A stretch of DNA of 64,000 bases from Acidimicrobiales bacterium. GTDB lineage: Bacteria; Actinomycetota; Acidimicrobiia; Acidimicrobiales; CATQHL01. The notes below the pieces were generated by a model. That model was not told the origin of the DNA. It did not search any database and saw only the letters and a list, made by a program, of their open reading frames with translations. Location of the stretch: NCBI GenBank assembly GCA_965209115.1, contig CBDBQD010000002.1:261042-325041 (forward strand). The letters run 5' to 3'. A program made the translations under genes and the position numbers. Below, in pieces: positions 58,257 through 64,000 of this stretch. The stretch's first letter is position 1. The number at the start of each line of letters is the position of its first letter.

Positions 58257-58689
58257 CTACTTCGTCGCCTCGTTGAGTCCGAACGCTGACTCGACGGTCC
58301 CGATTGTGGGCGTGTCGCGCAGCTTGCAGAAGGTCTGCCGCGGGGTGAAGAGTTCCTTCTCTGAGAAGGCCTTCTCGACGGGCCGCGTTGCCAGCCACTT
58401 CACAGGAACGATCATCTCGATCACCTCCGGATCCTCCGACGCGGCATTCTGCCTCCACCACGCCGCGCTTATGTCCGACTGATCGAGTAGCGGTTGGAGT
58501 TGCCCGTCTACGTCGACCTGCGCGTCTCGCGCCGGGATCATCTCGTCTGTGATCCGGCCGATCGGTGTCGATCATGGCTGGGTCCTCGGCGAGCATGTCC
58601 TCGAGGCGCTGCTCGGAGTCCAGCGGCGACGACACCAACGGGTGCGGTCCGTCGTCGGTCATTCGCCAGATCGCCATTTCGACGGCCAT
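58257..58689 (-). pseudogene. hypothetical protein, apparently frameshifted near 58560-58575
   Basis: ATG 58689 gives MAVEMAIWRMTDDGPHPLVSSPLDSEQRLEDMLAEDPAMID and then Arg-rich junk. Another frame continues to stop 58257 (...SEDPEVIEMIVPVKWLATRPVEKAFSEKELFTPRQTFCKLRD...). The GC content is lower than in the flanks. Confidence 0.3.
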
Positions 58690-58845
58690 CGGCCCTCCCG
58701 CCAGTCGAAGTCCATGATGCCATCCTCAGCGTGCTGCTGTGATCTGGCTCAGGATCCGATTCAGCAAGGAACTCGGCGACGAGGGCAGCCGTCGCTGGCA
58801 GAGGACGGCGGGAAGCACCCCAACCGGACCGAAACGGTGGATTCA

Positions 58846-58890
58846 GGATCAATTATTAATATTGATATTATATGTAAATGATTATCGTGC
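58846..58890. promoter_or_regulatory. AT-rich palindromic patch (candidate promoter/operator or insertion scar)
   Basis: GATCAATTATTAATATTGATATTATATGTAAATGATTATCG in a ~70% GC background. It contains the inverted repeat AATATTGATATT / TTAATATT. Confidence 0.3.
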
Positions 58891-59036
58891 AGGTGTCGCC
58901 TGGCGTCACCCTTCGCGGGCCCCTGGTGCGGGTCGCGCTCGGGGACGAAGGCGTGCCCCGCAGCGCTCACTCCGCCCCGAGGGCGGGCCGTGCGGCCCGC
59001 GGCGCCCCGGCGGCGCAGGTGGGCCAGACCGGTTAG

Positions 59037-59329
59037 ATGGCTGGCCTCGGGGCGGGCTGGGAGTGGCTGGAGATCCATCCGTCGGCCAACAGACACGGTG
59101 TGGCCAACGCGGACATTGCTCACGCGGTTCGCAACGCGGTGGTCGTCGTGCCCATCGACCCAGAGGCTGACCGTCCGAAGGAGTTGCTGATCGGCCCGGA
59201 TCGGTCGGCCGCCTACTGGAGGTAATATATGTTCACCGCTCCGCGAACAGATCGACGCTGATTCACGCTATGCCGCTGCGCAGGACGTTCATAGGCCACT
59301 TGCCGCAGACTCGGGCGAGGGGCCGATGA
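59037..59329 (+). pseudogene. small toxin-like protein (family ending ...LEV...IHAMP.R), one frameshift near 59205-59215
   Basis: Frame 1 gives WLEIHPSANRHGVANADIAHAVRNAVVVVPIDPEADRPKELLIGPDRSAAY and then a stop. Another frame continues LLEVIYVHRSANRSTLIHAMPLRRTF... to TGA 59327-59329, which overlaps ATG 59326 of the next gene (ATGA). Confidence 0.4.
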
Positions 59330-60369
59330 CCGTATCCCGAATCTCATCGGCCGGCGGCGGAGTTCTGCGCCCCGAGGAACTAGACGAGATCTTGGCAGAG
59401 ATCGAGGGGCCGGAATTCGAACGGAAGGCCCTTGCAGCCCTCAGCCAGTCCGCGACGCCGCTCAAGCGCCAGCGCATGGTGTCCAAGATGCTGCTGGACC
59501 GCTGGACCGCATCCGACGGGCGGTCACGCAATGTGCTCGAGGTGGATGCCGTCGATGGCTCATACCGGTACACCGACACCCGCGAGGCCGCCTATTCGTC
59601 TGTGTACGCCGACCCGTCGCTGGTGTCTGAGGTCGAACAGATGTGGTCGCGCTTCGAGAGCGGTGCCGCGCCCGCCCCAGCGGTCCGCTCAGAAGGCGTC
59701 GGCCCGCCAGCTTCCGATGAGCGGGCGATACTAGACCTGCTGGCAGTCCACTACGCCCGCAACATGCTCGTGTTGGATCTGGCTGAGTCGCTGCGGAACA
59801 GCAGCCCAACGATGCGTTTCTGGAGCGACTCGCCCGCCGGGATGCTCGACGGAGTCTTCGGGCGCCTGACCGCTGCGTGCCCCGAAGGCCCCGAGGCCCA
59901 CTGGACAGCACAATCCCACTGCGATCTCACCGTGGACGGAGTGTTCACCACCAGGTTCGCCCGTACCCAGCCGGCGCTCCTGGAGCAATCTCTGAGCAGG
60001 TTCCGCGAGGCGGCCCTCGTATGGGTGCGCGTCGAGGGCGAGCATCCGCTGGTCATCTCCGACAAACCCGTCATCCCCTTCGATGTGACCCACCAGCAAC
60101 TATCCCAACGCGAGACGTCCCTCCTCGGCCAGGCCGACGGCGCGGCGATGCCCCTCGGTCCCAACTGTCTCGCGCTCGCGTTCTGGACCGAATCGGCGAT
60201 CTCAGAAGCGATTGCCAACGAGTCGGTCCGCTTCGACCACCACGCCCTCAACAGGATGCAGAACCGCCAAGCCAGACGCTACCTGTACGCACACCCCGGA
60301 AGCGACTTCGCCCACTGGGTCGAGCAGAACTGCAAACCTGCAGCAGACCGCAAAGGCGACCTGTACTGA
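59326..60369 (+). CDS. hypothetical protein, DUF4238-like
   Basis: 347 aa with good composition. LAVHYARNM..., PLVISDKPVIPFD, AAMPLGPNCLALAF and ALNRMQNRQARRYLYA resemble the DUF4238 layout. Recalled from memory, not searched. Confidence 0.45.
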   Translation: MTVSRISSAGGGVLRPEELDEILAEIEGPEFERKALAALSQSATPLKRQRMVSKMLLDRWTASDGRSRNVLEVDAVDGSYRYTDTREAAYSSVYADPSLVSEVEQMWSRFESGAAPAPAVRSEGVGPPASDERAILDLLAVHYARNMLVLDLAESLRNSSPTMRFWSDSPAGMLDGVFGRLTAACPEGPEAHWTAQSHCDLTVDGVFTTRFARTQPALLEQSLSRFREAALVWVRVEGEHPLVISDKPVIPFDVTHQQLSQRETSLLGQADGAAMPLGPNCLALAFWTESAISEAIANESVRFDHHALNRMQNRQARRYLYAHPGSDFAHWVEQNCKPAADRKGDLY

Positions 60370-60444
60370 CAGCCGGCGAGTGATCGTCGGCCCGCTCTGC
60401 GATGCTGTTGGGGTGGGCTGCAGGCCGAACGCGGGGCTGAGAGC

Positions 60445-62727
60445 GTGAGCACCGGCGTCACCTCCGACGCGACCGGGGTCGTCGCCGAGGGCGTCGGCGC
60501 CTCCCCCTTCGGGGCGCTGCAGCCCTGGCGGGGACATCCGGCCGCCGGGCCGATCACGTCGCTGCTGGTCGAGCACTCGTCGCACTTCGCAGGCGCGGAC
60601 ACCGAACTCATCGAGCGGGCCTACGCCTGGGCCGCCGGCGCCCACCGGGCCCAACGCCGCAAGTCGGGCGAGCCCTTCGTGGAGCACCCCCTCAGCGTGG
60701 CGCGCATCGTCGCCCGACTGGGCCTCGACGACGTGAGCGTGGCGGCGGCCCTGCTGCACGACGTCATCGAGGACACCGACCGCACGCTCTCCGACGTGGA
60801 GACCGACTTCGGCCCCGACGTGGCCAAGATCGTGGACGGCGTCACCAAGCTGGACCGCGTCGAGTTCACCACCCGGGAACGCCACCAGGCCGCCTCGCTG
60901 CGCAAGATGCTGGTGGCGATGGCCAAGGACCTGCGGGTGCTCATCATCAAGCTGGCCGACAGGCTGCACAACATGGCCACCCTCGCCGCCCTCTCGCCGG
61001 CCAAGCAGCAGCAGGTGGCGCGCGAGACCCTCGACGTCTACGCCCCGCTGGCGCACCGGCTGGGCATGCAGGACCTGAAGAGCCGGCTGGAGGACCTGGC
61101 CTTCGCCGCGCTCCACCCGAAGTGGTACGCCCAGATCGACCACCTGGTGGCCGAGCAGGATCCCGAACGCGACCTGTACCTGGCTCAACTGCTGGTCACC
61201 GTGGAGGGCCGGCTGCTCGAGCTGGGCGTCGGCGCCGAGGTGACGGGCCGCCCCAAGCACCTCTGGAGCATCTACGAGAAGATGGTGCTCAAGAATCGTG
61301 AGTTCAGTGACATCTACGACCTGGTGGGAATCAGGGTCATCACCGACAGCGTGCGTGACTGCTACGCCGTCCTGGGTGCCGTCCACGCCATCTGGAAGCC
61401 GCTCCAGGGGCGCTTCAAGGACTACATCGCCATGCCCAAGTTCAATCTCTACCAGAGCCTGCACACGGCGGTGGTGGGACCCCAGGGCAAGGTTGTGGAG
61501 GTGCAGATCCGCACCCGGGAGATGCACGAGCGGGCCGAGCACGGTGTTGCCGCCCACTGGGACTACAAGGAGGACAGCGGCGACGATCTGGCGTGGCTGA
61601 GCCGGATCATCGACTGGTCCGAGGAGAGCGACGACCCCGAGCAGTTCCTCGGGAACCTGAAGACCGAGTTCGAGCAGGACGAGGTGTTCGTCTTCACGCC
61701 CCGGGGCGACGTGGTGACCCTGCCCGTGGGCGCCACTCCGGTGGACTTCGCCTACGCCATCCACACCGAGGTCGGCCACGGCTGTATCGGCGCCCGCATC
61801 AACGGCCGCCTCGTGACACTCACCACGAAGCTCTCCACAGGCGACACCGTCGAGGTGATGACCTCCAAGGATCCCGACGCCGGCCCGTCGCAGGACTGGC
61901 TGCAGTTCGTCGTCACCAGCCGGGCGCGCTCGCGGATCCGCCAGTGGCACATGCGCGAGCGGCGCGTCGAGGCTCTCAACCGGGGCCGCGACGAGATCAC
62001 CGCCGAGTTGCGCAGGGAATCGCTGCCGATCGCCCCCGTGATCCGCTCCGAAACGCTGCGCGAGGTGGCGCGGGCCCTCAACTACGACGACACCGACGCC
62101 CTGTTCGTGGCGGTCGGCGAGCGCCACCTGTCGGCCCGCACCGTCATCGAGAGGGTCGCCCGGCGGCTGCGCGGCGAGGACGCCGAGGGGGCCCAGCCCG
62201 CCGAACGGGTCTCGGCGACCGCCCTGGCGCCGCGACGTTCCTCACAGAAGCGCTCCGGCGGGGCGGGTGTGCACGTGGAGGGTCTCGGCGACGTGTGGGT
62301 GCGCCTGGCCAAGTGCTGCACACCGGTCATGCCCGACGAGGTCATCGGTTTCGTGACCCGCGGCAGGGGTGTCTCGATCCACCGGGCGGACTGTGCCAAC
62401 GCCGTGGCCCTCGGCGAAGACGGTGAGGCGGCGCGGATCATCGACGTGGAGTGGGAGGAGGGGGCCGCCACGGTCTTCACCGCGGCGATCGAGGTGCGCT
62501 CCCTCGACCGGCCGCACCTGCTGCGCGACGTGGCGGTGGCGGTCTCCGAGCAGCAGGCCAACATCACCTCGGTGAACGCCCGCGCCGGTGCCGACGGTGC
62601 CTCCATCATGCGCTTCGAGTTGGAGCTCTCCGACGGGGCGCAACTCTCCTCGGTGCTGCACGCGGTGCGCCGCGTCGGCAACGTCTACGACGCCTACCGG
62701 GTCCTACCAGGCGGCGGCCGCGGCTAG
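60445..62727 (+). CDS. relA: bifunctional (p)ppGpp synthetase/hydrolase
   Basis: HD domain (EHPLSVARIVARLGLDDVSVAAALLHDVIEDT), synthetase domain (YDLVGIRVIT...YQSLHTAV...VEVQIRTREMH), TGS (VFVFTPRGDVVTLPVGATPVDFAY) and an ACT-like C-terminus. Confidence 0.9.
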   Translation: MSTGVTSDATGVVAEGVGASPFGALQPWRGHPAAGPITSLLVEHSSHFAGADTELIERAYAWAAGAHRAQRRKSGEPFVEHPLSVARIVARLGLDDVSVAAALLHDVIEDTDRTLSDVETDFGPDVAKIVDGVTKLDRVEFTTRERHQAASLRKMLVAMAKDLRVLIIKLADRLHNMATLAALSPAKQQQVARETLDVYAPLAHRLGMQDLKSRLEDLAFAALHPKWYAQIDHLVAEQDPERDLYLAQLLVTVEGRLLELGVGAEVTGRPKHLWSIYEKMVLKNREFSDIYDLVGIRVITDSVRDCYAVLGAVHAIWKPLQGRFKDYIAMPKFNLYQSLHTAVVGPQGKVVEVQIRTREMHERAEHGVAAHWDYKEDSGDDLAWLSRIIDWSEESDDPEQFLGNLKTEFEQDEVFVFTPRGDVVTLPVGATPVDFAYAIHTEVGHGCIGARINGRLVTLTTKLSTGDTVEVMTSKDPDAGPSQDWLQFVVTSRARSRIRQWHMRERRVEALNRGRDEITAELRRESLPIAPVIRSETLREVARALNYDDTDALFVAVGERHLSARTVIERVARRLRGEDAEGAQPAERVSATALAPRRSSQKRSGGAGVHVEGLGDVWVRLAKCCTPVMPDEVIGFVTRGRGVSIHRADCANAVALGEDGEAARIIDVEWEEGAATVFTAAIEVRSLDRPHLLRDVAVAVSEQQANITSVNARAGADGASIMRFELELSDGAQLSSVLHAVRRVGNVYDAYRVLPGGGRG

Positions 62728-63638
62728 GAGTCGATGCGGCCGAGAGTTGCTGCCAGCGCGCTGGCCACTTCGGTGTGTTGGAACTCGAAGCCGTCGTTCA
62801 GGAGGGCTTCGGGGATCACGCGGGTGCTCTGGGTCAGGCCGGCCAGGGCCTCGGCGCCCAGCAGGAGGCGCGGCAGCAGCAGGGGCACGGGCAGGACGGC
62901 GGGGCGGCGCAGGACCCGACCCAGCGCCCGGGTGAACTCGGCGTTCGTCACCGGGTTGGGTGCGGTGAGGTTGACCGGTCCCGACACGTCGCTGTCCAGG
63001 AGGTGGCAGACGGCGGCGATGGTGTCGGTGAGCGAGATCCAACTCACCCAGCGGCCGGCGGGGCCCAGACGTCCGCCGAGGCCGAGCCTGAACAGGGGAA
63101 GCTGGCGGCGCAGGAACGGCCCGTCGGCTGACAGGACCACACCGGTGCGCAGCAGCACCGTGCGCACCGGCGCCTGCGGCCGGGCCGCCGCCTCCCATTC
63201 CTGGCACAACTCGGCCAGGAACCCGTGCCCCGGTCCGGTGCGCTCGGAGACGACGGTGTCGCCCCGCTCGCTGTAGAAGCCCATGGCCGAGGCGCTGACG
63301 ATCACCGCGGGCGGTCGCGAGAGCCCGGAGACTGTCGTGGCCAGGAGCGACGCGCTCTCGACCCGGCTGTCGCGCAGCACCTGCTTGCGGGCGGCGCTCC
63401 AGCGGCGGTCGCCGATGCCCGCGCCCGCCAGGTTGACGACCGCTCCGGCGCCCTCCAGGTCGGCGGGCGCCAGGCTGCCGGCGGCCGGATCCCAGGAGAT
63501 CTCGTCGGCGGCGACGGCGGGGCGACGCACCAGCCGCAGCACGGCCGCGCCCCGGTGCCTGAGTTCAGCGACCAGGGCCCGGCCGATCAGGCCGCTCGAC
63601 CCCGCCACCACGACGGGCATGTCATCGGACCGGTTCAT
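62724..63638 (-). CDS. TIGR01777-type epimerase family protein (YfcH-like, SDR fold plus DUF1731)
   Basis: VVVAGSSGLIGRALV Rossmann motif and C-terminal ...IPEALLNDGFEFQHTEV. ATG 63638 is preceded by GGGAGA. Confidence 0.8.
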   Translation of the reverse strand: MNRSDDMPVVVAGSSGLIGRALVAELRHRGAAVLRLVRRPAVAADEISWDPAAGSLAPADLEGAGAVVNLAGAGIGDRRWSAARKQVLRDSRVESASLLATTVSGLSRPPAVIVSASAMGFYSERGDTVVSERTGPGHGFLAELCQEWEAAARPQAPVRTVLLRTGVVLSADGPFLRRQLPLFRLGLGGRLGPAGRWVSWISLTDTIAAVCHLLDSDVSGPVNLTAPNPVTNAEFTRALGRVLRRPAVLPVPLLLPRLLLGAEALAGLTQSTRVIPEALLNDGFEFQHTEVASALAATLGRIDS

Positions 63639-63941
63639 GGGCTCTCCCAACGCCGCCGCACGCTGCACGTCCACGCTAGGACCGCCACCGCCGCTAGCGT
63701 CGCCGCGGTGAGCACGCGGCTGCTGATCGCACTGACCCTGCTCTGCGGGCTGGCGATCCTGGCGGCGTTCGCCTTCCAGGTGCTGATGCGCTGAGCCCCG
63801 CCCCGCCGGCGACCTGCTCGGGCCCGGCGGCGCCGCGCCGGCGAGGATCATCGGGGGATTCGCTCCCCGATTCCTGTTGCTGCTGGAAACTCCTGTGGCT
63901 ATTGTTGCCGGTGGCGAGTGGGGTTGAGGCCCGTACAGAAC

Positions 63942-64000
63942 ATGTCCAGACGTGCGCGGCTTCTCGCCGCCTGCCTCCTCGTCCTCCTGCCGGCCCTTCC
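63942..64000 (+). CDS. N-terminus of a secreted protein (3' part outside window)
   Basis: ATG 63942 gives MSRRARLLAACLLVLLPAL, a signal-peptide-like sequence. It is truncated by the window end. Confidence 0.3.
   Translation, partial: MSRRARLLAACLLVLLPAL

Noticed and set aside
63708-63794. 28-codon hydrophobic ORF (VSTRLLIALTLLCGLAILAAFAFQVLMR)
   Set aside because: It looks like a single TM helix but has no clear RBS and no recognisable family. The evidence is too weak to call.

Overview
High-GC (about 70%) chromosomal window. mshC, an F420-dependent reductase and the thrS-HIT-pgsA-acyltransferase-pimA block indicate Actinomycetota (inference). All calls were made by eye from the sequence and the ORF track, with no searches run, so start codons and homology calls are provisional.

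Most of the window is conserved housekeeping:
- Hopanoid genes shc/hpnG/hpnH (1-1.9 kb).
- Central metabolism: a 2-hydroxyacid dehydrogenase, an acyl-CoA ligase, glnII, class I fumarase, mutY and an SMP-30 lactonase.
- fabI, npdG, mshC and thrS, followed by the PIM lipid cluster.
- pdxST, yebC, ruvCAB, queA, tgt, yajC, secDF, apt and relA.

Two accessory regions interrupt this backbone.

(1) 12.1-36.1 kb is a locus duplicated head to tail. The junction lies inside fabI, and a 3' fabI fragment remains at 26445-26809.
- It is filled with secreted proteins: two large Ig-like/Calx/PKD/FN3 multidomain proteins. One carries a low-GC patch with an HExxHxxGxxD protease motif.
- It also holds six RCC1-like, Cys-paired beta-propeller ORFs plus fragments. 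These include a tandem 3.1-kb triplication.
- Several otherwise unrelated proteins end in the same acidic CxxC tail, G-E-S-x-G-C-L-E-C-F-E-E-D-G-E-M-E-P. Copies of the tail differ only by synonymous changes.
- Two in-frame TGA codons split a body from its tail and one propeller gene in two.
- An AbiE-type toxin-antitoxin pair and a second nucleotidyltransferase pair sit inside a decayed cassette.

(2) 55.8-60.4 kb is an island inserted between apt and relA. It carries vsr, a C5 DNA methyltransferase, a frameshifted GIY-YIG nuclease candidate, two more frameshifted genes, an AT-rich palindromic patch and a DUF4238-like gene.

A REP-like hairpin family (GTCATTCCGGCG-N3-4-GCCGGAATCC) marks four intergenic sites.
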